From: a virus
Virus record (IMG/VR): IMGVR_UViG_3300032163_000005
Span: 1 to 64,000 of that record
Strand: one strand, 5' to 3'
DNA: 64,000 nucleotides
Both the position numbers and the translations under genes were made by a program. Below, one piece after another: positions 56,507-64,000 of this stretch. Position 1 is the first letter of the stretch; each line of letters begins with the position of its first letter. A model generated the notes under the pieces. It ran no database searches, was not told where the DNA came from, and saw only the letters and a list, made by a program, of their open reading frames with translations.

Positions 56507-56920
56507 CTACAGGTTACCCGAGACAACGTATTCGATGGTGCCCGACCCCTTGGCTTCGAGAAGCAGCAAATAATTCCCTGTTGGGAATTCGATGATGGCG
56601 AGACCTTGAACGGGAATGACGGCCACGACGTCTGGGCCTGAGTCCGCCTTGGTTGTCAGTCGGAGCTGAAATGGACTTGTTGTCCGAAGGAACAGGAAGT
56701 TTCCTTGCGTGACAGTTTCGCTTGTCCCGACACCATCGAGCGCTGCAAATGCCGATGGTGAATCGACTTGTTTCGCCGCAGAAAACGAAGCCGCCGCATT
56801 TTTCTGAATGGGATAGCTCGAGAAAGGAATCGTTGTCGTCCCTGCGGGGAACGCGCAATCACCCGCGCCAAGCGGTCCTTTGACGAGCGTTCCTGAGAGG
56901 ACGATCGAATCCACGTTCAC
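56507..56920 (-). CDS. virion structural protein (jelly-roll-like)
   Basis: 137 aa, beta-rich, in the head module. Confidence 0.45.
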   Translation of the reverse strand: MNVDSIVLSGTLVKGPLGAGDCAFPAGTTTIPFSSYPIQKNAAASFSAAKQVDSPSAFAALDGVGTSETVTQGNFLFLRTTSPFQLRLTTKADSGPDVVAVIPVQGLAIIEFPTGNYLLLLEAKGSGTIEYVVSGNL

Positions 56921-57252
56921 TCCCCCGAGAGCTTGAAGGGTTTCGCCTTCGGCTTGTCGACGATCTGTCCGATCTGCATCCCACGTTCATCATTGTCCGC
57001 CGTGTCGTCAGTCTGCTCGAATGGCAAATCTCCACCATCCGGAACAGAGCTCTCGTTGTAACGATCGGCAGGATCGCCAGCTTCTTGTGGGCGATTCTCT
57101 TTGGTGAAGTCGCGTCCACCATCCGACGTGTTTGATGTTGGCTCTTCAAGGAAGTTGTGAGCTCCCGAAGATGCACCCGTCGCTTGCGTTGCTCCCTTCG
57201 AGTCACCGAAAGGGGAATTCGCCGCATCACCCGGAGTTTTGCCTTCTGCCAT
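56917..57252 (-). CDS. acidic disordered protein ending KPFKLSGE
   Basis: AGGAG RBS; ATG 57252. Confidence 0.5.
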   Translation of the reverse strand: MAEGKTPGDAANSPFGDSKGATQATGASSGAHNFLEEPTSNTSDGGRDFTKENRPQEAGDPADRYNESSVPDGGDLPFEQTDDTADNDERGMQIGQIVDKPKAKPFKLSGE

Positions 57253-57303
57253 GTTCGTTCTCCTGTCCTGTCTCAACAGATGTACCCGGAGAATGCCCTC
57301 ACG

Positions 57304-57513
57304 TCACTTGTTGACCTTGAAAGGCTTTCCGGATTGCTCGAGTGGCTCTGCTTTTGGCCACGGAATGCGCGGCGGATGATCGGGCACATCATTGATGCAC
57401 TCTTCGTTGAGATGCCGATCATCCTTGGCAGGATTGAGATCGGCAATTTGCCGTTGAGGCTCCGCGTTTTGGTTGAGCGGAGCCGGCGTGGTGATCTTAA
57501 ATGGCTTTGACAC
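57304..57513 (-). CDS. small Pro-rich protein with KPFK at both ends
   Basis: Probable GTG start at 57513. Confidence 0.4.
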   Translation of the reverse strand: MSKPFKITTPAPLNQNAEPQRQIADLNPAKDDRHLNEECINDVPDHPPRIPWPKAEPLEQSGKPFKVNK

Positions 57514-57540
57514 ACATCTACGCAAGCACGAGATCAGCGG

Positions 57541-58230
57541 CTACGCGAGGACGAAGTAGAATACATCCACGGAAAATGCTCCCGCGGTGATGGTTGAGAG
57601 GTTCACGGTGCTCGTGATGGTTGCGATGAGCTGAGCTGCGCTCTTCTTCTGTCCAACCCACCCTGTCGAATCTCCTGCAGGCCCATCACCCGCAGCGCCC
57701 ACTGTTTTGAGATCAACACCTTTAATCGCACATTGCGTATCAGCGGCTACGCCGACGTCCACCGAGGTGACATCTGTATCACCTGCATTTTGAACCTTGG
57801 TCGCGACATCGACCTGAGCTCCGAGAAGACGAGCATTGCTCGGAAGCACTGTGTCGATGTTGATGGTCCCAGTCATGAACGCGCCGAGAGCCGCGATCAT
57901 GGCTTGCGTCACCACCACGGTTTTCTTTTGAACGCGCGCTGTAATTGCCGGCGATGCCGATGCTGCGTCTGCTGCTTCAGTCGCTTTCTGCGAGGCATCG
58001 ACCGCCGCTTGCATGATGTTTTGCATATCGGTTTCATTGATGCCCCGATTGACATGCGCGTTCGTTGCATTCGTTGCTGCAGTTGCAACCGTCGCATCTG
58101 AGCTCGGCCAAAGGAGAGCGCCCGCTGCCTGCAGTCCTGGAACGTCATCGATCGTGCTGTCGATGAGCGAGCCGGGAAGATTCTTCACCCCGGCGAATAC
58201 GATGGTGTTGATGATGTAGTAGGTCGCCAT
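57541..58230 (-). CDS. virion structural protein (head fibre/decoration-like)
   Basis: Ala/Thr-rich; beta C-terminal domain ending VFYFVLA. Confidence 0.5.
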   Translation of the reverse strand: MATYYIINTIVFAGVKNLPGSLIDSTIDDVPGLQAAGALLWPSSDATVATAATNATNAHVNRGINETDMQNIMQAAVDASQKATEAADAASASPAITARVQKKTVVVTQAMIAALGAFMTGTINIDTVLPSNARLLGAQVDVATKVQNAGDTDVTSVDVGVAADTQCAIKGVDLKTVGAAGDGPAGDSTGWVGQKKSAAQLIATITSTVNLSTITAGAFSVDVFYFVLA

Positions 58231-58281
58231 GGTCAGAATCTCCTGTTCGAGGGAGAGGTATCAGAATGCGGCAAGAAGGAA

Positions 58282-58443
58282 ATGATGATGAACACGGATG
58301 CTCATGGGTGTTTGACCATCACCTTCTCTCGTGCACAGATCTACGCACTAATGCGCCGTTCGCGTCCTCGCGCAAAACATCGCGTGATCAAGAAATGGGT
58401 CAACGCGTTCTTCCGAAACTGCCAAGGTCCACAGTCGTCATGA
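58282..58443 (+). CDS. small basic antisense ORF (53 aa, not in ORF track)
   Basis: GCGGCAAGAAGGA then ATG; RRSRPRAKHRVIKKW. Confidence 0.35.
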   Translation: MMMNTDAHGCLTITFSRAQIYALMRRSRPRAKHRVIKKWVNAFFRNCQGPQSS

Positions 58444-59410
58444 GAGGACGTGGTGGAGCTGCACCCTTTCGTTTCTCAAGCTTCCATCGCGCGTGAATCT
58501 CACCATCAGGCCGCCAAGCAAGTGTTGGCGGAATTGGCCATGATTGACGGTGTGTGACGACGATTTCACGATCGTTGGGACGATTGGGCGGATGTTGCAT
58601 CAATCCAAACCACGTCTCGAATGGCTCGTTTGGACGACGGATCTCGCCATGGCACGCGATCGAATCGCTACCCGTCCGATTGTCGAACGTCGCGCAAAGA
58701 ATCTTCACGAGATCTCCGAGTTGTTCGTGTGCTTCCTGCGTCGCTTCGAACGTCGCACGCCCATACGCGCCCATCGTCTCTGTACGAACGATGCGCTCTG
58801 ACCAAGACGCGGGAGCTCCTTGCAAAAAGGGACTCGCATCAACAATCTGTTTGCGCGTGTCTTCGAACGATGAACGTGTGAGGAGATTCGTTCGAAGAAT
58901 GTTCTCGAAGTGTCCAACCACGTTCATTCCGTAACGTTGAAGAATGCCGATTCTGGCTTTGTGCGGCTCGGCATCTGCTCCCTCGGCAGGTGTGCCACTT
59001 GAGGCAAGACGTCGGAGCACACTTGCACGAGCTCCCGATGTCGCGGCATCCATGATCGAGGATTCGTCGAGCGCGAGAGCTTGTGTCCCGATGCCCTTGT
59101 ATTGCCGCTCGGCTGCGTTGAGGTAATCGACTGTTCCTGTAGCTGCGACGCTTGCCGCTTGCTCTGCGCCATCGATTGCGAGATCACGCATTCCAGGAAG
59201 CACAAGCCCACGAAGCACATCTCGAATCTGCGCCAACGTCGCGCGCATTCGAATTTCCGTGAACGTGCCTGTTGGAGGCATCGCACGAAGCCGCTCCACG
59301 AGTTGAGTCTCAGCATCTTTGAGCATTCCTCGCGTGTTGGTTGTTCCAACCCGTTGCGCAATTCGAATCGCCGTTTCGCGATTAGCTTGGATGGCTCCTA
59401 GAACGCTCAC
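58400..59410 (-). CDS. minor head morphogenesis protein (MuF/SPP1 gp7-like)
   Basis: ERIVRTE, DNRT, HG, PPNRPNDR (HPNCR-like); after the portal; no C-terminal toxin domain. Confidence 0.8.
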   Translation of the reverse strand: MSVLGAIQANRETAIRIAQRVGTTNTRGMLKDAETQLVERLRAMPPTGTFTEIRMRATLAQIRDVLRGLVLPGMRDLAIDGAEQAASVAATGTVDYLNAAERQYKGIGTQALALDESSIMDAATSGARASVLRRLASSGTPAEGADAEPHKARIGILQRYGMNVVGHFENILRTNLLTRSSFEDTRKQIVDASPFLQGAPASWSERIVRTETMGAYGRATFEATQEAHEQLGDLVKILCATFDNRTGSDSIACHGEIRRPNEPFETWFGLMQHPPNRPNDREIVVTHRQSWPIPPTLAWRPDGEIHARWKLEKRKGAAPPRPLMTTVDLGSFGRTR

Positions 59411-61221
59411 GATTCCTCAGGATTGAGTCCTTCGTCTGGAACACCCTGATCCGGCATTACCGGTTGTGGCGGGCCCCCTGGCGCCACAGCGCCACCAATG
59501 CCAGGGAACATCTCCGCCTGCTGCCCCGCCATCTTGGCGCCTTCTTCCTCCATGCGCTTCTTTTCCTCAGTGGGCTGGACTCCAAAGGCCGCCGCTGCGA
59601 GCTCCACAGCCGTCTCTTCGCTCATAAAGGCTTTTCCGCCAGTCGCCGCAGTGAGATTTGTCACCATCTTGGTTTGATCATCAGGCGTTGGTGGGAAGTA
59701 GGGGGGCCATTGAAGATTGACCTCTCCACCATCGCCAGGCTCACGCGGAATCTTGACAGGACGTGGCGGTAGCGGCGTTCCCGTTACAGGATCAACTAAT
59801 GGGAGCTTGCTGATTGGATCGAGTGTCTGTGATTGCTCGATGCGTGGTGGAAGAAGAAGAACCGGAGGTGGTTGAATCGCGGGTTGGCCCATCTCATCGA
59901 TCACGGGTTGGCCCATCTCATCGATCATGGGTTTGGGCTCGCGAAGATTTCGACGTGCAACCTCGCCCATGTTGGTCAGAATGCGTTCAAGCGCTGTTCC
60001 ATATTGCTCACGAAGTACATCTGTCTTTGAGAGCATCGGTGCATAGACCACCTTCATCGCGACGCTCGAGACGCCTTGCGCTGCGATGTCTGCAGGATCG
60101 GGAACCACGCACTGGGCCGTCTCGAGCACAGTGCGTCGAAACGATTCAATGAGCTTCGTTCCCGCTTCTAACGATGTGCCTGAGAGCTCGAGATAGTCCG
60201 CATCACCAGACTCGCCAACGACGAGCGCATGCTCAGATCCTTTGAGCACGCCGGAACGCGAGACGAGCTCAGGATCAAGTTTCAACTTGAGCGTTGGATC
60301 GAGATTGAGTGTGGCGCCTTTGAGCACAACAGACATGAGAATGTCCATTGCATCGAATTCCTGAAGGAGGCCTTCGTAATCTGGGAACCCATCAATCTCG
60401 TCAGAGGGAAGATTCTGAATCCACTCGAAGTGAATGACACCATCGCCATGCGCGATGCTCTTTTGCTCGTCAATTTCCCAGAATGGATCCTTGTCCTTTT
60501 CGTAGAGCGCATCTTTGAAAATGATATCAGCGTCGGGCGTCCAATCGCGACGAAACCAATAGTAGACCTTGATGAATTCCTTCTTGGAGCCATCCCATTG
60601 CACGCGAAAGAATGTGTAGATCTCCGTCACGTGATCAGGAATGAGAAGGCACCGATCGGCCCACGCGTGAACGTAGAGGTTCTTGGCATTGTGGACCTCG
60701 AACCGAGGGCGGCCTTTGTAGAATGCCCACGACACACCCACCGTGCCCATGGATCCTCCGAGCGTGCGAGCTCGGATCATGTGCATTGGAAGTCGGCCTA
60801 CGCGCGAAACAGTCTGCAAAAAGTCTTCGTCACGTTCGTCGCCATCAACATGGATCTGCGGAAACCGATTCTCGCCAAAGATGAGGCTCGTGAATGAGTC
60901 AACGATGACTTTCGAGAGGTGGTACCGCGCGCTTGGGCGACGTGACGCGAGCGGAACAAATTGGTGAAACTTCTCCGCGCTGATGATGGGAACTGTTGAT
61001 TGCGGACTGAAGACACGACCCTCGAAGTCGAAGCCCTTGTGATTGTGCTGCGAGCCTCGATAGTGCGCTTCGAGACGATCGAGCTCGTAGTACCGCTCAC
61101 CCACGAGAAGAGACCGGGGCTGAATGCCCGGCATCGTGGTGTTGCGAGCTCCGAAGCTTGAGAACGCGAGTGCATTCTTGCCATCGATCGCGATTGCGCC
61201 GGCTTGCGAGAGATTCGCCAT
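59407..61221 (-). CDS. portal protein (SPP1 gp6-like)
   Basis: 604 aa; K.IVD, S.VAMK.., MSEETAVE; upstream of MuF. Confidence 0.8.
   Translation of the reverse strand: MANLSQAGAIAIDGKNALAFSSFGARNTTMPGIQPRSLLVGERYYELDRLEAHYRGSQHNHKGFDFEGRVFSPQSTVPIISAEKFHQFVPLASRRPSARYHLSKVIVDSFTSLIFGENRFPQIHVDGDERDEDFLQTVSRVGRLPMHMIRARTLGGSMGTVGVSWAFYKGRPRFEVHNAKNLYVHAWADRCLLIPDHVTEIYTFFRVQWDGSKKEFIKVYYWFRRDWTPDADIIFKDALYEKDKDPFWEIDEQKSIAHGDGVIHFEWIQNLPSDEIDGFPDYEGLLQEFDAMDILMSVVLKGATLNLDPTLKLKLDPELVSRSGVLKGSEHALVVGESGDADYLELSGTSLEAGTKLIESFRRTVLETAQCVVPDPADIAAQGVSSVAMKVVYAPMLSKTDVLREQYGTALERILTNMGEVARRNLREPKPMIDEMGQPVIDEMGQPAIQPPPVLLLPPRIEQSQTLDPISKLPLVDPVTGTPLPPRPVKIPREPGDGGEVNLQWPPYFPPTPDDQTKMVTNLTAATGGKAFMSEETAVELAAAAFGVQPTEEKKRMEEEGAKMAGQQAEMFPGIGGAVAPGGPPQPVMPDQGVPDEGLNPEES
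59881..59927. repeat. 24-bp tandem duplication in the portal CDS (IDEMGQP x2)
   Basis: GGGTTGGCCCATCTCATCGATCA occurs twice. Confidence 0.8.
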
Positions 61222-61246
61222 AAGCCCACTCTAACGCAGAATGGGT

Positions 61247-62179
61247 TTAGTCCGCGGTCACTTGGCAATACGCATGATTGATGGCCGTCGTGTTCGACGG
61301 AATGGCCAAGTGTTGGACGTTCGTGAGCTTGCATGAGTCGGCGTCTGGATCGAGCGTGTAGTTTCCAGAACCCGAGCAATTCAGATCGTCACCTTGCTGC
61401 GTTTGCGGATTGAGGATGTAGAAGGCCGTGCACCACGGAACGACCGTCTTATCTCCCGTCGAGAGGATCGCATCGTAGTGCACAGGTCCAAGCGCACTCG
61501 CGTTGGGCGTTTCATCGTTTGACCCATCGCCTTGTGGTGAGACACCGTTCAGCTTGTGCATGAAAGCAGAATCCGGGCAGTCTTCGGGATTCACGCCAGT
61601 ACACGAGCCAGCGAGCGTGCAATTGGTGATGCCGTTGTTGGGTGAGGCCATGACCACGAAGTCATTTACCTGCCGTGGTGGCGAACCTGCACCTGCAAGG
61701 AACCGCGCGTAGTATCTCCCCACGATGCCACCTTGCGAATGCGTGACGATGTCGATGTCTGGGCATGTCCCCGCGTCCGCATCACACGGCACTTTTTCGT
61801 CGATGTACCTCTTGAGACACGCTGCGTAGCTCTCGTTTACGTACGTTGCACCCGTCCCATCGGGAGCGGGAAGCATTGCGCAAAACGTGTTCGATGTGCA
61901 GTACGCCGCGAGATCGATCCGGAAGAGATTTGTATTTTCAGTGAAGCCGCGTGAGCTCCAACTCGTGACGAGAGTGTTCCATCTCGAAGGGCTGTCGTTT
62001 CGGCCATGCACAAGAATGACTTTGTGTTGGGGCGTGACGTCCGGGCACGTCTTGCATGACGTTGAACCAGAGACGACTCGGCCAGTGGGTTCAGGGATCG
62101 TTCCGCGATTTCCACTCGCACACGCAATCATCGTGATCATCGTGATCAACGCGATGAAGTAGATGAAAAAACGATTCAT
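61247..62179 (-). CDS. lipoprotein alpha/beta-hydrolase (lipase/esterase)
   Basis: Signal peptide with MIAC lipobox; VILVHG; THSQGG nucleophile elbow; candidate Asp (GDKTV) and His (VQH); Cys-rich. Confidence 0.8.
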   Translation of the reverse strand: MNRFFIYFIALITMITMIACASGNRGTIPEPTGRVVSGSTSCKTCPDVTPQHKVILVHGRNDSPSRWNTLVTSWSSRGFTENTNLFRIDLAAYCTSNTFCAMLPAPDGTGATYVNESYAACLKRYIDEKVPCDADAGTCPDIDIVTHSQGGIVGRYYARFLAGAGSPPRQVNDFVVMASPNNGITNCTLAGSCTGVNPEDCPDSAFMHKLNGVSPQGDGSNDETPNASALGPVHYDAILSTGDKTVVPWCTAFYILNPQTQQGDDLNCSGSGNYTLDPDADSCKLTNVQHLAIPSNTTAINHAYCQVTAD

Positions 62180-62664
62180 GGCCGTTCCTCGGTGTAGACG
62201 ATGCCAACTTTGTGCGTCGACGTGTTGCTCTCGATTTGCTTCAGATAGAAGCCTTCACCCGGATGTAGCACCACTGGCTTTTCTTCTGGGTATCTTGCGA
62301 GATCGAACCGGCACGCGTCTGGTGCTTGGAAAGCATTGGTTTGCACCACAACGGTTTCAACGAGTGGCTGCGAAGGATCTGTTGGCGTGATGGTCGTCGC
62401 GCCAGTCACACACGATGCCGCACTCGCAGCATCATTCGAGTCCGCTTTCGTGGGCGTCTGTGCTGTTCCGCCCGCGAGTGCTGTCGCCATCCGAGCTTCC
62501 CAGCTCACAACCACCGTGGTACCCGATGAGTTGGGAATGTAGATGCTGAACCGTGTGATGCGAATGACGACGTTCGACCCCGCGGGGTTCATCACTCCGA
62601 GCATCACCTTGTTGGCGGCACCCGCAAGTGATGCTTGGACTCGATATGTGGCTAGAGCTCCCAT
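62176..62664 (-). CDS. beta-rich virion/accessory protein
   Basis: NPAGSNV...VLHPGEG...YTEE pattern. Confidence 0.45.
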   Translation of the reverse strand: MGALATYRVQASLAGAANKVMLGVMNPAGSNVVIRITRFSIYIPNSSGTTVVVSWEARMATALAGGTAQTPTKADSNDAASAASCVTGATTITPTDPSQPLVETVVVQTNAFQAPDACRFDLARYPEEKPVVLHPGEGFYLKQIESNTSTHKVGIVYTEERP

Positions 62665-62667
62665 GAA

Positions 62668-63885
62668 TCATTGCTCGTAGAAGTCGAAGGACGCGAAGTA
62701 CGTACGAGTCGATGCCGTGTCAGGATCAGCATAGGCCGTGATGCGAGAAGGCCCAACAACCTCAATCGATGTTCCATACACCCGATTGGATTGCGACCCC
62801 GTTGGTACTCTCAACGCGTCGCTGATCTGAATCTCTGCGCTGTTTGCGTTCGTGGGGTCTTTAGCTCGCAGGAAGAACCCTGTCGTGTCGTTGCCACCTT
62901 TGATCCCACCCACGAATCCTGTGATGTTGGCCGTCTTGCCATTGGGAACGTAGTGGTGTGAGCCGAACGTCTTGTTATCACCAACCGCGACACTCCAAAC
63001 AGCAACACCGCCGCCGCCTGTCGCTGACATAAGCGAGATGACGCCTGCGTTACTTCCTCCCGATCCAACCGTGAGGACTTCGATCTTCTCGATGAAGCAA
63101 ATGTTGGTTGCGATCGTATTGACGAAAGTGACGCCGTTGAGTGAAATCGTCTCAGTAAATGGCCCAGTAACGACGCCCGCCGCCAACGCATAATAAGTGA
63201 CACGGACGGTTCGAGCTCCCGTTCCTGCAGCAGCATCATTGGCACTGGTTGAAAGGATCGAGCGCTGTGCGTTCGCTGTTTGTTCGGTGTAGGTTGTAGC
63301 GCGCACCGCAGTGACCGCGATGGCTGAGAGAACGACCTTCCCATCCGAGAATCCCTTGGTCGTTGCGACCGAACCAGGTGGGGCGATCTGGAATCGATTC
63401 GAGTTATCGAGTCCAACCGTTCCGTAAGCCCCATCCGTCCGCTTCCCCGTGATGACTGCTTGAATGAGCTGAGCAAAACTATCATCCGTGATGACGGTGC
63501 TGATTGGCTTCGTGATGGTGCCGACGCCGCTCTGATGAAAGACCGTGTTCAGTCGGAAAGCTGTCTGCGCAACAACACCATTCGTGTAGACGATGCGGAA
63601 GTAGCGAGCGCGAACGGTGAGCGCGAATGATCGACCCGTGTTTGCGAGCACGTTCGAAATGTCGCTTTGATCAACATTCACACCATCACTTGACCACTGA
63701 AACGTGAGTCCGTTCGATGCCGATGCCTGATCTGCGATGATTGAGACCGCGATGAACGCAAAGTCAGTCATCTCCTCGAATGCGCCAGTGAAGACGCCGC
63801 TGATTCCGAGGTTTGCTGTCGAAGAGTTGGCTGTTGAAACAGATCCTCGAATAGCTACGGGCTGTGTTGTACTTCCTTGCCCCAT
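62668..63885 (-). CDS. Ser/Thr/Gly-rich virion structural protein
   Basis: 405 aa, beta-rich; GTGARTV..ETISLNG motif. Confidence 0.5.
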   Translation of the reverse strand: MGQGSTTQPVAIRGSVSTANSSTANLGISGVFTGAFEEMTDFAFIAVSIIADQASASNGLTFQWSSDGVNVDQSDISNVLANTGRSFALTVRARYFRIVYTNGVVAQTAFRLNTVFHQSGVGTITKPISTVITDDSFAQLIQAVITGKRTDGAYGTVGLDNSNRFQIAPPGSVATTKGFSDGKVVLSAIAVTAVRATTYTEQTANAQRSILSTSANDAAAGTGARTVRVTYYALAAGVVTGPFTETISLNGVTFVNTIATNICFIEKIEVLTVGSGGSNAGVISLMSATGGGGVAVWSVAVGDNKTFGSHHYVPNGKTANITGFVGGIKGGNDTTGFFLRAKDPTNANSAEIQISDALRVPTGSQSNRVYGTSIEVVGPSRITAYADPDTASTRTYFASFDFYEQ

Positions 63886-64000
63886 CAGGAAGTGACCTCA
63901 GCGCCGAAGAGATTGAACGATACGTTCACCGCGTCAGCTTGAACGCGAACAACATCCGCCGCGCCAAGTGAGATGCCGAGCACTGCGAGAAACGTATCGT
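63885..64000 (-). CDS. 3' end of a structural-type gene entering from the right edge
   Basis: ...DVVRVQADAVNVSFNLFGAEVTS* with TGATG coupling to the next gene. Confidence 0.5.
   Translation of the reverse strand, partial: DTFLAVLGISLGAADVVRVQADAVNVSFNLFGAEVTS

Overview
This window is about 64 kb of a tailed dsDNA phage genome (or prophage) with a contractile tail. Nearly all genes are on the minus strand. Reading in the direction of transcription (right to left), the modules are: (1) virion/accessory genes and a lipoprotein lipase; (2) head: portal, MuF/gp7-like minor head protein, scaffold, major capsid; (3) head-tail joining genes mixed with small accessory genes; (4) tail: sheath, tube, -1-frameshifted chaperones, tape measure, LysM initiator, hub, spike, fibre, baseplate; (5) two holin-like membrane genes and a plus-strand AEP primase-like gene; (6) replication/recombination: SF2 helicase, DnaB, DnaG, two Fis-type HTH proteins, a sigma70-family factor, intein-containing family B polymerase, SSB, RecA, UvrD, HNH, SbcD/SbcC; (7) a zeta-toxin-like kinase; (8) an early region of small gene cassettes, each behind the same 16-bp -35 repeat. 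Terminase and endolysin are not seen in the window. Most interesting signals: a short [LI][KR]xWA motif at the N-terminus of five unrelated proteins (including the zeta-like kinase, a ParB/Srx domain and a HiPIP-like protein), a candidate virion cargo tag; a MARR(x)L/V N-terminal motif on seven proteins, six in the replication region; four dispersed copies of a perfect 24-bp palindrome; a PolB with a clamp-type motif and a DnaE-like C-terminal domain; an apparently split Mre11/SbcD; and three distinct promoter-like motif classes. All product calls come from motif recognition and gene order; no database searches were run.
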